Positions 53,271 through 64,000 of a stretch of DNA of 64,000 nt are shown one piece after another. Origin of the DNA: Nitrosopumilus sp. (GTDB lineage Archaea; Thermoproteota; Nitrososphaeria; Nitrososphaerales; Nitrosopumilaceae); the NCBI GenBank assembly GCA_963662625.1, contig OY759726.1, positions 1,376,001 to 1,440,000 on the forward strand. The letters run 5' to 3'. The position numbers were made by a program, and so were the translations under genes. Each line of letters starts with the position of its first letter. Positions within the stretch are counted from its first letter, which is position 1. The notes below the pieces were generated by a model that made no database searches, was not told where the DNA came from, and was given only the letters and a program-made list of their open reading frames with translations.

Positions 53271-56200
53271 ATGTTGAAAATGACCCCCGGCATGGTTGTC
53301 GGCATAATGGTGGCCGTAGTTGCGGCATCCTCCGCGGTGATGGCCGCGCCGTACGCGGGCACGGCATACGCCGACCATGCCAGCCCTGTGTCGTTCACAT
53401 CCACCGTGAAGATCGACGGGATTGCCATAAGCGGCGGGGCCTTCAGCTACGACACCACCTTTGGCGTCAGCATAGCAAGCATCGGAGACCTCGACGGCGA
53501 CGGCACGGCCGACATCGCGGTGGGCGCGTCCGGCTCCTCGGCCTGTCGTACGTGCACTGGGATCGTGTACGTACTGTTCATGAACGCCGACGGCACCGTA
53601 AAGAGTTCGGCCACGATTGATGGCGATGCCCCCAACGCCCCGTCCTTGGATGTGGGAGACCGCTTCGGCGTCTCCGTGACGGGCCTAGGCGACCTCGACG
53701 GCGACGGCACGAACGACATCGCGGTGGGCGCGTCCGGTCACATACGCGGTGGTGTCGGCACAGGCGACACGTACATACTCTTCATGAACTCCGACGGAAC
53801 GGTAAAGCGCACTGCAACGATCGGCTCGCAGACGCCCAACGGTCCCGCGCTGGCCACAGACGACAAGTTCGGCTCGTCCGTGGTAAGCCTAGGCGACCTC
53901 GACGGCGACGGCACGACCGACATCGGCGTGGGCGCGCCCGGCCATTACCAAGACGACGTAAACACGGGCGACTTCTACGTAATCTTCCTCAACTCCGACG
54001 GAACGGTAAAGCGCACGACCGCGATCGACGGAACGACCCCCAACGTTCCTTCGTTGCCCGGAGACGGCAACTTTGGGCAGGCTGCGACAAGCCTCGGCGA
54101 CCTCGACGGCGACGGCACGACCGACATCGCGGTGGGCGCGCCGGGAGATGATGCCGACACCATAGGTACGGGAGACGTGTTCGTCATCTTCCTGAACCCA
54201 GACGGCACCGTAAAGGGGACGGCCAACCTCGACGGCGATACCCGAAACGTTCCCACGCTGGCGGGAGGCAGCCACTTTGGCAATGGCGTGGCGAACGCCG
54301 GCGACCTCGACGGCGACGGCACGACCGACATCGCGGTGGGCGCGCCGGGGATATTCACCCGGGCAGATCTCGCTGGTCAAGTTTACCTGTTGCTAATGAA
54401 CCCCGACGGCACCGTAAAGGGGACGACCACGATAGATGACGGCACGCCCAACGGCCCGTCCCTGGACGCGGGTGACCACTTTGGGTATTCCATTGCGGGA
54501 CTCGGCGACATCGACGGCGACGGCGCGGCGGAACTTGCCGTAGGCACGTACGGCGATGACACCGTCCACATAATATCCATAAGCGACGCGGCCTCTGCAG
54601 GCGACGGCCTGGTAAAGAACACGGGCGAGATTCAGGGCCGTACCATCGTACCCCCCTCTGCAGAAAATGACAACTTTGGGTGGGCCGTTGCAGGCATAGG
54701 AGACCTCGACGGCGACGGCACGACCGACATCGCGGTGGGAGGACCTGGCCGCTTCGTGGGAGGATCAGACCTGGGCGAGGTATATGTCCTGCTCATGAAT
54801 TCGGACGGCACCGTAAAGGCCAAGGCCAAGATCGACGGCGACGCGCCAAATGTCCCAGCACTGGAGATAGGCGACCGCTTTGGCTCGTCCGTCACGAGCC
54901 TCGGAGACCTCGACGGCGACGGCACGACCGACATCGCGGTGGGCGCGCCGGGGCATGTCTTGGGCAGTTCTAGCACGGGCTACGTATACGTCATGTTCCT
55001 AAACCCAGACGGCACCGTAAAGAACACTGTAAGGATAGACGGTAGCACGCCTAACGGCCCCGGGCTGGCGTCAGACGACCGCTTTGGCGAATCAGTCACG
55101 AGCCTCGGAGACCTCGACGGCGACGGCACGACCGACATCGCTGTGGGCGCGCCGGGCCATACCACCCGCGGCGCCAACACCGGCGACATGTACGTGCTGT
55201 TCATGAATTCGGACGGCACCGTAAAGGCCACGGTAAAGATCAACGCTGACACGCCAAACGGCCCAGCACTGGAACCCGGCGCACGCTTTGGCTGGTCCGT
55301 GGAAAACGTCGGCGACATCGACGGCGACGGCACGAACGACATCGCGGCAGGCGCGCCAGGGCATTCCGTCCGTGGAAACTCCACGGGCTCCATGTACGTC
55401 ATGTTCATGAACTATAACGGTACAGTAAAGAACACTGTCACGATAAACGGCGCGTCGGCCAACGTGCCGGCCTTGGCTGGTGGCGAACGCTTTGGGGCCG
55501 AAGTGGCAAGCATGGGCGACCTTGACCGCAACGGCGTCCCGGACATCGCGGTGGGCGCGCCGGGTCACATCATAGGCCCGCCGGGCAAGGAGTCGATCTA
55601 CGTGCTGTTGATGAACTCAGACGGCTCGGTAAAGCGCACAGGCATAGTTGACGGCAACACGCCAAACGGCCCAGTCCTGATTCCCGGCGAGCGCTTTGGC
55701 GCGGCCATTAGCAGCATAGGCGACCTCGACGGCGACGGCAACATGGATGTGGCGATGGGGGCACACGCATCGGGCTCCGTCTACATCGCGTACACGACGC
55801 CGACGTACGCATACGGCCATCCCGTGTCTGTCCTGTCCGTCGACACGTTTGACAGTGTCGCTGTAGGCGGCGGTGTTGTAGGAGTAAATAACACGTTTGG
55901 ATGGTCCATGGAAAGCATAGGCGACCTCGACGGCGACGGCGTCGGTGAGATTGCCGTGGGATCAACGGGTGCCCTAGCTTGTAACTGCACGGGCGAACTG
56001 TACATCATGATCATGAATTCAAACGGCACGATAAAGGGAACGCTTACCATCAACGGTGACACGCCCAACGTTCCGGCACTGGATATTGGCGGGAACTTTG
56101 GCGCGTCCATAGCAAGCCTCGGCGACATCGACGGCGACGGCGCGCTCGACATCGCGGTGGGCGCTCCCGGCAGCCTGCTAGGGGATCAGGGCACCGGCGA

Positions 56201-59200
56201 CCTGTTCATCCTGTTCATGAACGTTGACGGCACGGTCAAGCGCACGTCGACTATCAACACTTGGACTCCAAACGTCCCCACGCTGGCCACAGGGGCCCAC
56301 TTTGGCATGTCAGTGGAGAACATAGGCGACATCGATGGCGACGGCACGGTAGACATCGCGGTGGGTTCGACAGGCCGCATTACGAGCATGCTGGATACCG
56401 GCGACCTGTACATCCTTCTCCTCAAGCCCGACGGCACGGTGAAGAAGACGGTCAAGATCAACGATCAGACGCCCAACGTCCCCGAACTGCCAAAGGGATC
56501 CTACTTTGGATTTTCTATTTCAAGCTTGGGCGACCTTGACGGCGACGGCACGGTAGATCTTTCGGTGGGTGCGCCCAACAATCCCGCCGACCCCGCTGTC
56601 ACCGGCGACCTTTACATCCTGTTCATGAACTCGGACGTCACGGTAAGGGACACTGTCAAGATAAGCGCCGGGACGCCCAACGGCCCCGCGCTAACCGGAG
56701 GCGACTACTTTGGGATCTCTGTCCAAAACATAGGCGACATTGACGGCGACGGAACCACCGACATCATGGCTGGCGCGCCAGGCAGTGTGACCAGGGTGTC
56801 CGACACTGGAAGAATATACCTCATGCTCATGAACTCAGACGGCACCATAAAACGGACTAGCGTGATAGACGGGCAGACTCCCAACGGCCCTTCGCTGGAC
56901 GCCGGTGATCACTTTGGGTGGTCTATTGTAAGCCTCGGCGATACTGACGGCGACGGCGTGACCGACGTTATGGTCGGCACTGCCGGAGACGATTCCGTGC
57001 ACATCCTGTTCATGAATAACGGGGGAACCGTGAAGGGCTCCATCGAGATCCCATCACAGGCCGTCGTATCATTTAACCTGGTAAGCGACCAGTTTGGGTG
57101 GTCGACAAGCGCCATCGGCGACCTCGACGGCGACGGCGTCACCGACATCGCGTCGGGCGCGCCGGAACGTTCCATTGAGGGGGTCAACACGGGCAGCCTG
57201 TACATCCTGTTCATGAACGCCGACGGTACAATGAGGGAGACTGCGGAGATCAACGGCGGCAACACCTCCGGCCTCTCGCTGGTGTCCAACGACAGGTTTG
57301 GGGAGAGCGTGGAAGGACTGGGCGACCTCGACGGCGACGGCGTCACCGACATCGTGGTGGGCGCGCCCGGGAATGCCTTCAGTCCAGTCGACACGGGCAA
57401 CGCGTACGTATTATTCATGAACGCCAACGGCACGGTAAAGCAGGCGATCACCATCAACGGCAGCACCCCCAACGGCCCCGCACTCGATCCAAACAACAGG
57501 TTTGGAGAGTCTGTGGCCAACCTCGGCGACCTCGACGGCGACGGCACGATCGACATCGCCGTAGGCGGATCGGGAAATTTCCTGAGCAACACTGACACGG
57601 GAGACGTATTCATCCTGTTCATGAATTCCGACGCGACGGTGAACAAGACCATGGCGATCAACGACCAGACGCCGAACGGCCCGGCACTGACAGGGGGCGA
57701 CCGCTTTGGCAACGCCGTAGTAAACCTCGGCGACCTCGACGGCGACGGCGTCACCGACATCGCGGCGGGCGCGCCCGGGAATGCCTTTACCAGCGTGGAC
57801 ACGGGATCCGCGTACATCATGCTCATGAACTCAGACGGCACCGTAAAGGGTACCAGCGTGATCAACGGTCAGCTGCCCAACGGACCCGTACTCGGGGGCG
57901 GAAACCACTTTGGTGCCTCGCTGGCCAACCTAGGAGACCTTGACGGCAACGGCACCACCGACATTGCCGTGGGCGCCCCGAGCCGTGCAGCCGGCGGTGC
58001 GGGAATGGGCTACATGTACCTGCTGTTGACGAACCCCGACGGCACGATAAAGAGCACCACGGAGATCAGCGGTTCGAGCCCCAACATGCCCACGCTCGGG
58101 GATGTGGATCGTTTCGGCTCGTCAGTGGCCAGCATCGGCGACATCGACGGCAACGGCGACGTTGACTTGGCCATAGGCGCGCCCCTCTCGTCCAAGCTTT
58201 ACGTAACGTACCTGTCCACGTCCGAAAGCCGGTTCGTAACCACCTGGCAGACGACCATTCCGGGAGAGTCGATAAGCATCCCAGTAGGCGGCGCAACGGG
58301 CACCTACACCGTAGACTGGGGAGACGGGAACGCATCCATGCACAGCGGCGACGCACTCCATGCTTACAGCGCCCCCGGGACCTACACCGTGCAGATCTCA
58401 GGCGACTTTACGAGGATAAGCCTCGGTGACGATCCCAACAACGCCGCCAAGCTGCGCTCCATAGAGCAGTGGGGCACAGCCGGCTGGACATCAATGCAGT
58501 CTGCCTTCAAGGGGGCGGCCAACATGGCATACGGGGCGACCGACACACCGGACCTCTCCGGCGTCGCCGACACGTCATTCATGTTCAGCGGCGCGTCATC
58601 CTTCAACGGGGCCATCTCCTCCTGGGACGTCTCGTCGGTCACCAACATGTCCGGCATGTTCGCCGACGCCGCATCCTTCAACCAGTCCCTTGGCTCTTGG
58701 GACGTCTCGTCGGTCACCGACACGTCCGGCATGTTCAGCGGCGCGTCATCCTTCAACCGGTCCCTCGACTCCTGGGACGTCTCCTCCGTCACCTATGCGT
58801 CCGGCATGTTCTCCCGCGCCGCCTCCTTCAACGGCGACATATCCACCTGGGACGTATCCTCCGTAAACGACACGTCCGCGATGTTCTTCCGCGCCGCCTC
58901 CTTCAACGGCGACATATCCACCTGGGACGTCTCGTCGGTCGCCTACATGTCCGGCATGTTCTCAAACGCGTCCTCCTTCAACCAGCCGCTGGCCACCTGG
59001 GACACCTCCTCCGTCACCGACGCGTCCTCCATGTTCGCCGGCGCCGCCTCCTTCAACGGCGACATATCCACCTGGGACACCTCATCCGTCACCGACGCGT
59101 CCTCCATGTTCGCCGGCGCCGCCTCCTTCAACGGCGACATATCCACCTGGGACACCTCCTCCGTCACCGACGCGTCCTCCATGTTCGCCGGCGCCGCCTC

Positions 59201-61466
59201 CTTCAACCAGCCCATCGGCTCTTGGGACACCTCCTCCGTCACCGACATGAGTGGGATGTTCGCCGACGCCGCCTCCTTCAACCAGTCCCTCGGCTCATGG
59301 GACGTCTCCTCCGTAAACGACACGTCCGGCATGTTCTGGAACGCGCCCGCCTTCAACCAGCCGCTGGCCTCCTGGAACGTCTCGTCGGTCGCCTACATGT
59401 CCGGCATGTTCTCAAACGCGTCCTCCTTCAACCAGCCGCTGGCCACATGGGACACCTCCTCCGCCACCGACATGAGTGGGATGTTCTCCAGCGCGTCCTC
59501 CTTCGACCAGCCGCTGGCCTCCTGGGACGTCTCGTCGGTCGCCTACATGTCCGGCATGTTCTCAAACGCGTCCTCCTTCAACCAGCCGCTGGCCACCTGG
59601 GACACCTCCTCCCTCACCGACGCGTCCTCCATGTTCAGCGCCGCCACCGCCTTCAACGGCGACATATCCTCCTGGGACACCTCGTCGGTCACCGACATGT
59701 CCCTGATGTTCTCCGATGCCCCCGCCTTCAACCAGCCGCTGGCCACCTGGGACACCTCCTCCCTCACCGACGCGTCCTCCATGTTCAGCGGTGCGTTCTC
59801 CTTCAACCAGCCCCTGCCCACCTGGGACACCTCCTCCCTCACCGACGCGTCCGGCATGTTCGCCCTTGCCTACACCTTCAACGGCGACATATCCTCCTGG
59901 GACACCTCGTCGGTCACCGACATGTCCTGGATGTTCTTCAACGCGATCTCCTTCGACCGGCCCATCGGCTCCTGGGACACCTCGTCGGTCACCGACATGT
60001 CCCACATGTTCGATGACGCCTACGCCTTCAACGGCGACATCTCCTCCTGGGACACCTCGTCGGTCACCGGCATGTCCTGGATGTTCTTCGGCACGCTGCA
60101 GTTCAACCAGCCCATCGGCTCCTGGGACACCTCCTCCGTCACCGACATGTCGCTCATGTTCTCAAACGCGGACTCCTTCAACCAGCCCATCGGCTCCTGG
60201 GACGTCTCCGGCGTCACCGACATGTCGGGCATGTTCTCGGGCGCCCTCGCATTCAACCAGGACATCTCCTCCTGGGCCGTCTCGTCCCTTGACGACGCGT
60301 CCTTCATGTTCGCCGGCGCACCCGCCTTCAACCAGCCGCTGGATCCATGGGACGTCTCGAACGTGGCCGACATGTCCTACATGTTCTACCGCGCCATATC
60401 CTTCAACCAGCCCATCGGCTCCTGGGACGTCTCCGGCGTCACCGACATGACCGACATGTTACACTTTGCGTCGTCATTCGATCAGAACCTGGGCAACTGG
60501 TACGTGGTGCCGGCCGACACCAGGGTCAACGCCGGGACCACCCTGGTCACCACCCTCATGGCGCAGAATATGTTCCTTGACGGCCAGGGCCTGTCATACA
60601 GCGTGGCTCCGGGCGGCGACGGGGCCATGTTCGAGGTCTGCGGCAGCTACCTGAAGTCCACGTCGCCATCTTACTCCGAGCCCTCCTATGACGTCACGAT
60701 ACTGTCCGAAGGCGGGTTCGCGTCGCCAAATTCCAAGACCGTGACGGTAACGGTGGGAGGCGACGACGGCACCGGCACCGGCGGCGTCGACGCGCCGATC
60801 TCCCCGGCCGGCGGCGACACCGCCATGGTCACGGGAACCGTGTTCACGGACGCCAACGGCAACGGCATGCGCGACGCCGGCGAGCCCGGCGTCAGGGGCT
60901 ACACGATGTACGCCATAGACCTGACGAACCCGCAGGTGGTCATGGAGGCGGTCACGTGTTCCGACGGCACGTACTTCTTTGGCGGCCTCACGCCGTCCGA
61001 GACGACGCTGGTGCAGACCACGTACTTCCCGTTTGACAGCACCATAACCACCGGGCCGTTCTACGCGTACGTGCAGCCTACGGCGGACACGCCGGAGACG
61101 TTCGACGTCGGGTTCAGGCCCGTGGCGCCGTCGGAGGCCGTGACGCTCAACGTCACCGCGTACGCCGACTCCAACGCAAACGGCATGCGCGACGCGGGCG
61201 AGCCGACGATACCTGGCGTGACGGTAACCGTGTACACGTACACCACCAACGAGCTGGACTCCGTGACCACCGGCCGGGACGGCACGGCAAGCAAGGCCGA
61301 CATCACCCCGGCCGACTTCCTGGCCCAGGCGGTGATCCCGCAGGGCTACGCCGCGGCGACGTCGCCGGCAGACCCGTCATCGGGCATCGCGGGCGCGCTC
61401 ACCGTGACTGCCCCGGCGCCTGGCTCCAGCGTCTCCATGGTGGTGGGCCTGGTTCCGTCCAGCTAG
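53271..61466 (+). CDS. Giant secreted surface protein: 24 FG-GAP repeats, PKD-like domain, about 25 DUF285 repeats, cadherin-like and two SdrD-B-like domains
   Basis: Same architecture as 45760-50274; ATG at 53271 (MLKMTPG) parallels MLKPAPG. Confidence 0.9.
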   Translation: MLKMTPGMVVGIMVAVVAASSAVMAAPYAGTAYADHASPVSFTSTVKIDGIAISGGAFSYDTTFGVSIASIGDLDGDGTADIAVGASGSSACRTCTGIVYVLFMNADGTVKSSATIDGDAPNAPSLDVGDRFGVSVTGLGDLDGDGTNDIAVGASGHIRGGVGTGDTYILFMNSDGTVKRTATIGSQTPNGPALATDDKFGSSVVSLGDLDGDGTTDIGVGAPGHYQDDVNTGDFYVIFLNSDGTVKRTTAIDGTTPNVPSLPGDGNFGQAATSLGDLDGDGTTDIAVGAPGDDADTIGTGDVFVIFLNPDGTVKGTANLDGDTRNVPTLAGGSHFGNGVANAGDLDGDGTTDIAVGAPGIFTRADLAGQVYLLLMNPDGTVKGTTTIDDGTPNGPSLDAGDHFGYSIAGLGDIDGDGAAELAVGTYGDDTVHIISISDAASAGDGLVKNTGEIQGRTIVPPSAENDNFGWAVAGIGDLDGDGTTDIAVGGPGRFVGGSDLGEVYVLLMNSDGTVKAKAKIDGDAPNVPALEIGDRFGSSVTSLGDLDGDGTTDIAVGAPGHVLGSSSTGYVYVMFLNPDGTVKNTVRIDGSTPNGPGLASDDRFGESVTSLGDLDGDGTTDIAVGAPGHTTRGANTGDMYVLFMNSDGTVKATVKINADTPNGPALEPGARFGWSVENVGDIDGDGTNDIAAGAPGHSVRGNSTGSMYVMFMNYNGTVKNTVTINGASANVPALAGGERFGAEVASMGDLDRNGVPDIAVGAPGHIIGPPGKESIYVLLMNSDGSVKRTGIVDGNTPNGPVLIPGERFGAAISSIGDLDGDGNMDVAMGAHASGSVYIAYTTPTYAYGHPVSVLSVDTFDSVAVGGGVVGVNNTFGWSMESIGDLDGDGVGEIAVGSTGALACNCTGELYIMIMNSNGTIKGTLTINGDTPNVPALDIGGNFGASIASLGDIDGDGALDIAVGAPGSLLGDQGTGDLFILFMNVDGTVKRTSTINTWTPNVPTLATGAHFGMSVENIGDIDGDGTVDIAVGSTGRITSMLDTGDLYILLLKPDGTVKKTVKINDQTPNVPELPKGSYFGFSISSLGDLDGDGTVDLSVGAPNNPADPAVTGDLYILFMNSDVTVRDTVKISAGTPNGPALTGGDYFGISVQNIGDIDGDGTTDIMAGAPGSVTRVSDTGRIYLMLMNSDGTIKRTSVIDGQTPNGPSLDAGDHFGWSIVSLGDTDGDGVTDVMVGTAGDDSVHILFMNNGGTVKGSIEIPSQAVVSFNLVSDQFGWSTSAIGDLDGDGVTDIASGAPERSIEGVNTGSLYILFMNADGTMRETAEINGGNTSGLSLVSNDRFGESVEGLGDLDGDGVTDIVVGAPGNAFSPVDTGNAYVLFMNANGTVKQAITINGSTPNGPALDPNNRFGESVANLGDLDGDGTIDIAVGGSGNFLSNTDTGDVFILFMNSDATVNKTMAINDQTPNGPALTGGDRFGNAVVNLGDLDGDGVTDIAAGAPGNAFTSVDTGSAYIMLMNSDGTVKGTSVINGQLPNGPVLGGGNHFGASLANLGDLDGNGTTDIAVGAPSRAAGGAGMGYMYLLLTNPDGTIKSTTEISGSSPNMPTLGDVDRFGSSVASIGDIDGNGDVDLAIGAPLSSKLYVTYLSTSESRFVTTWQTTIPGESISIPVGGATGTYTVDWGDGNASMHSGDALHAYSAPGTYTVQISGDFTRISLGDDPNNAAKLRSIEQWGTAGWTSMQSAFKGAANMAYGATDTPDLSGVADTSFMFSGASSFNGAISSWDVSSVTNMSGMFADAASFNQSLGSWDVSSVTDTSGMFSGASSFNRSLDSWDVSSVTYASGMFSRAASFNGDISTWDVSSVNDTSAMFFRAASFNGDISTWDVSSVAYMSGMFSNASSFNQPLATWDTSSVTDASSMFAGAASFNGDISTWDTSSVTDASSMFAGAASFNGDISTWDTSSVTDASSMFAGAASFNQPIGSWDTSSVTDMSGMFADAASFNQSLGSWDVSSVNDTSGMFWNAPAFNQPLASWNVSSVAYMSGMFSNASSFNQPLATWDTSSATDMSGMFSSASSFDQPLASWDVSSVAYMSGMFSNASSFNQPLATWDTSSLTDASSMFSAATAFNGDISSWDTSSVTDMSLMFSDAPAFNQPLATWDTSSLTDASSMFSGAFSFNQPLPTWDTSSLTDASGMFALAYTFNGDISSWDTSSVTDMSWMFFNAISFDRPIGSWDTSSVTDMSHMFDDAYAFNGDISSWDTSSVTGMSWMFFGTLQFNQPIGSWDTSSVTDMSLMFSNADSFNQPIGSWDVSGVTDMSGMFSGALAFNQDISSWAVSSLDDASFMFAGAPAFNQPLDPWDVSNVADMSYMFYRAISFNQPIGSWDVSGVTDMTDMLHFASSFDQNLGNWYVVPADTRVNAGTTLVTTLMAQNMFLDGQGLSYSVAPGGDGAMFEVCGSYLKSTSPSYSEPSYDVTILSEGGFASPNSKTVTVTVGGDDGTGTGGVDAPISPAGGDTAMVTGTVFTDANGNGMRDAGEPGVRGYTMYAIDLTNPQVVMEAVTCSDGTYFFGGLTPSETTLVQTTYFPFDSTITTGPFYAYVQPTADTPETFDVGFRPVAPSEAVTLNVTAYADSNANGMRDAGEPTIPGVTVTVYTYTTNELDSVTTGRDGTASKADITPADFLAQAVIPQGYAAATSPADPSSGIAGALTVTAPAPGSSVSMVVGLVPSS
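58550..60500 (+). repeat. 75-bp-period coding repeat array (DUF285)
   Basis: Recurrent TCCTTCAAC...TGGGAC(G/A)...ATGTTC units, some nearly identical at DNA level; boundaries approximate. Confidence 0.9.
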
Positions 61467-61763
61467 TCCTGACGGCAGCCGAGTGGCGTGGCTTTGCACC
61501 CAGCACAATACGGGCGGCGTGCGATCATGCGTTGCGGCCGATCGCGTGCCTGAACAACGTCGGCAGTATCCGGTACGGCACGCCACAAGGGCGGGGCAGT
61601 ACGACGTGGCATGGCTGTTCCCGACGCGGGCGGGGTTGCGCCGCGGCTCGCAGGAACGGCGGTGCCGGCCTGCCACGGCGGTGGGGATGCGGGAGGGCCG
61701 GCCGCCGGGCCAGTCACGCAAAAGGCGCCGGCGCAATGCCCGAGGCCGCGGCCCGGCCGCCGG

Positions 61764-63044
61764 TCAGATCCCCTCGGACGCCCTGATGATCTCCCTGATG
61801 TCCTGCCTGGTGTGGGCGTTTGAGATCGCGCCCAGCTTGCCCGGCAGGAAGAATATGCCGTCACGCGCTATCATCTTAAAGTGGTACCTGGAGAGCGCCC
61901 CCGTGTCGCACCCTGCTGCCTGCGCCGCATTTGTGACGTCTGCCCCGTCGGTAAAATGCGTCATGAACAGCGACCCCATTCCGGTCACCACCGCCTTCCC
62001 GTCGAGGGCCCGCGCCAGCCCCCCCCTCGCCATCTCCCCGAGCGAGTTGATCTTGGAATAGACGGATCCCGACCTCAGCTCGTCCAGCGTGGCGAGTCCG
62101 GAGACCATCGATGCCGGGTGCGCCGAAAACGTCCCGCCGCCCACGTAGCTCCTCTCGGACTTCTTCCTTCCGGTGGTGTCCGCGTGCGCCATCACCTCTT
62201 CCTTGCCGCACATCACGCCGATCGGCATCCCGCCCCCGACGATCTTCCCGAGAGTCACGATGTCGGGATCCAGCCCCATTTCCTGGTACATGCATCCAAA
62301 CCTGAACCTGAACCCCGTCACGATCTCGTCCAGCATGAACAGCGAGCCGTTCTTCCTGCAGAACTCCTGCACCCCCGCGAGGTAGTCTGCCTCCGCCGGG
62401 ATGCACCCGCCGCCGCCGAGCACCGGCTCTATGATCACCCCGGCCAGGTCGGCGGCGTGCCTGCCCAGCACCCCCAGCGTCCCCTCCAGGTCGTTGTACG
62501 GCACGGAGACGATGCTCCTGCCGCCTACCAGCCCCGCGCTCTCGGGTTCGGAGAAGGGCCAGTTTACGGTCTTTAGCAGGTCCGACGTATACCCGTGCCA
62601 CCCGCCCTCCACCTTCGCGATCACCCTGCGCCCGGTGGCCGAGCGGGCAAGCCTCACCGCGTACATGGTGGCCTCTGTCCCGGACGTGACGTAGCGTATC
62701 TTCTCGGCCACCGGGACCGCCTTCGATATGGCCTCGGACAGCGCGACCGTCTGCTCGTTGACAGTGCCGTACATCCAGCCCCTCTTCACCTGCCTCCCAA
62801 GCGCCTCCCTTACGGCCCTCGGGCCGTGCCCCAGGATCAGGGCCCAGTGCCCCATCCAGTAGTCCGTATACATGTTAGAGTCCACGTCCACCAGGCTTTT
62901 TCCTGCCGACGACTCGACCACGAACGGGTAGGGATCAAAATACCTCACGTTGTGGGAGACGCCGTTCACGTGCAGCCTGGCAGACCTTGCAAACAGCCTG
63001 GCAGACTTGGGCGTCTTCTTCCTGTACAGCGCGGCATAGTCCAA
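61764..63044 (-). CDS. hemL: Glutamate-1-semialdehyde 2,1-aminomutase (class III aminotransferase)
   Basis: [42 protein letters not shown]; TTG start inferred. Confidence 0.85.
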   Translation of the reverse strand: MDYAALYRKKTPKSARLFARSARLHVNGVSHNVRYFDPYPFVVESSAGKSLVDVDSNMYTDYWMGHWALILGHGPRAVREALGRQVKRGWMYGTVNEQTVALSEAISKAVPVAEKIRYVTSGTEATMYAVRLARSATGRRVIAKVEGGWHGYTSDLLKTVNWPFSEPESAGLVGGRSIVSVPYNDLEGTLGVLGRHAADLAGVIIEPVLGGGGCIPAEADYLAGVQEFCRKNGSLFMLDEIVTGFRFRFGCMYQEMGLDPDIVTLGKIVGGGMPIGVMCGKEEVMAHADTTGRKKSERSYVGGGTFSAHPASMVSGLATLDELRSGSVYSKINSLGEMARGGLARALDGKAVVTGMGSLFMTHFTDGADVTNAAQAAGCDTGALSRYHFKMIARDGIFFLPGKLGAISNAHTRQDIREIIRASEGI

Positions 63045-63141
63045 GGGCGATCTCTGTTGGCGGATCTGTAATTTTAACCCTGACGTGCCCAAAAACGCGC
63101 CCCCAGGCGGCTTCCGGGACCGCCGGACGGCGCCAGCGTCA

Positions 63142-63200
63142 CGGGGTTTTTATAGGAGATCGCCGGATCGGGCCAGGATTAGGCATGGTTTATATGGATT
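63142..63200 (+). promoter_or_regulatory. Candidate rRNA operon promoter(s)
   Basis: TTTTTATA near 63146 and TTTATAT near 63189, upstream of the 16S leader. Confidence 0.45.
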
Positions 63201-63401
63201 TGACTTCCTTTAATCATTGCATACGTAACGCAATAGGCGGCGTCCGTGATGAAGTATGGCATTGCGCCATTTTGTGATTCACGGGCCTCCAGTTACGCAT
63301 ACAAAATGAGGGTCTGACCAACCGGTCAGATCTGAAGTGTGAAGATTATGTGCATCTGTCAATTCCTAGACGACTAGTACGTCAATAATCAGAAAGATCA
63401 G

Positions 63402-64000
63402 AATCCGGTTGATCCTGCCGGACCTGACTGCTATCGGATTGATACTAAGCCATGCGAGTCATTGTAGCAATACAAGGCAGACGGCTCAGTAACGCGTAGT
63501 CAACCTACCCTATGGACGGGAATAACCTCGGGAAACTGAGAATAATGCCCGATAGAACATTATGCCTGGAATGGTTTATGTTCCAAACGATTCATCGCCA
63601 TAGGATGGGACTGCGGCCTATCAGTTTGTTGGTGAGGTAATGGCCCACCAAGACTATTACAGGTACGGGCTCTGAGAGGAGTAGCCCGGAGATGGGTACT
63701 GAGACACGGACCCAGGCCCTATGGGGCGCAGCAGGCGAGAAAACTTTGCAATGTGCGAAAGCACGACAAGGTTAATCCGAGTGGTTTCTGCTAAAGGAAC
63801 CTTTTGTCGGTCCTAGAAACACCGACGAATAAGGGGTGGGCAAGTTCTGGTGTCAGCCGCCGCGGTAAAACCAGCACCTCAAGTGGTCAGGATGGTTATT
63901 GGGCCTAAAGCATCCGTAGCCTGCTCTGTAAGTTTTCGGTTAAATCCATGTGCTCAACGCATGGGCTGCCGGGAATACTGCAAAGCTAGGGAGTGGGAGA
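63402..64000 (+). rRNA. rrs: 16S rRNA, 5' part (archaeal, Nitrosopumilaceae-like), truncated by the window end
   Basis: TCCGGTTGATCCTGCCGGAC, CCCTATGGGGCGCAGCAG, GTGTCAGCCGCCGCGGTAA. Confidence 0.98.

Noticed and set aside
48600-60500. Diversity-generating retroelement acting on the surface proteins
   Set aside because: No reverse transcriptase in the window and no template/variable repeat pair with adenine-specific differences; the similar regions are both coding.

Overview
High-GC genomic window from an ammonia-oxidising archaeon. The 16S 5' end and gene content point to Nitrososphaerota/Nitrosopumilaceae; the high GC, IS load and giant adhesin-like proteins suggest a host-associated lineage such as a sponge symbiont (inference). 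Most of the window is core thaumarchaeal housekeeping: lsrF-like aldolase, atpF, carAB, cdvC plus an ESCRT-III paralog, citrate synthase, uvrBAC, an Fe-ADH of the 3HP/4HB type, purN, tRNA-Val, rpl40e, sucCD, dps-like, ileS, folD, hemL and the start of 16S rRNA. Accessory content comprises ISH3-type and IS110 elements, a PIN/DUF6293 pair and two giant FG-GAP + DUF285 surface proteins. Top finding: carB is interrupted at 9712-9732 by a 21-nt insert with an in-frame TAA. The insert folds as a relaxed bulge-helix-bulge motif, and cutting by the standard archaeal splicing-endonuclease rule restores the conserved GE|FDYSG motif exactly. This is a candidate tRNA-type intron in an mRNA, with nearly the same architecture as the 20-nt intron of the tRNA-Val(CAC) gene in the same window. 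Second theme: dead transposases have decayed mainly by A>G and T>C changes, suggesting an AT-to-GC substitution bias. All calls were made by eye with no database searches.
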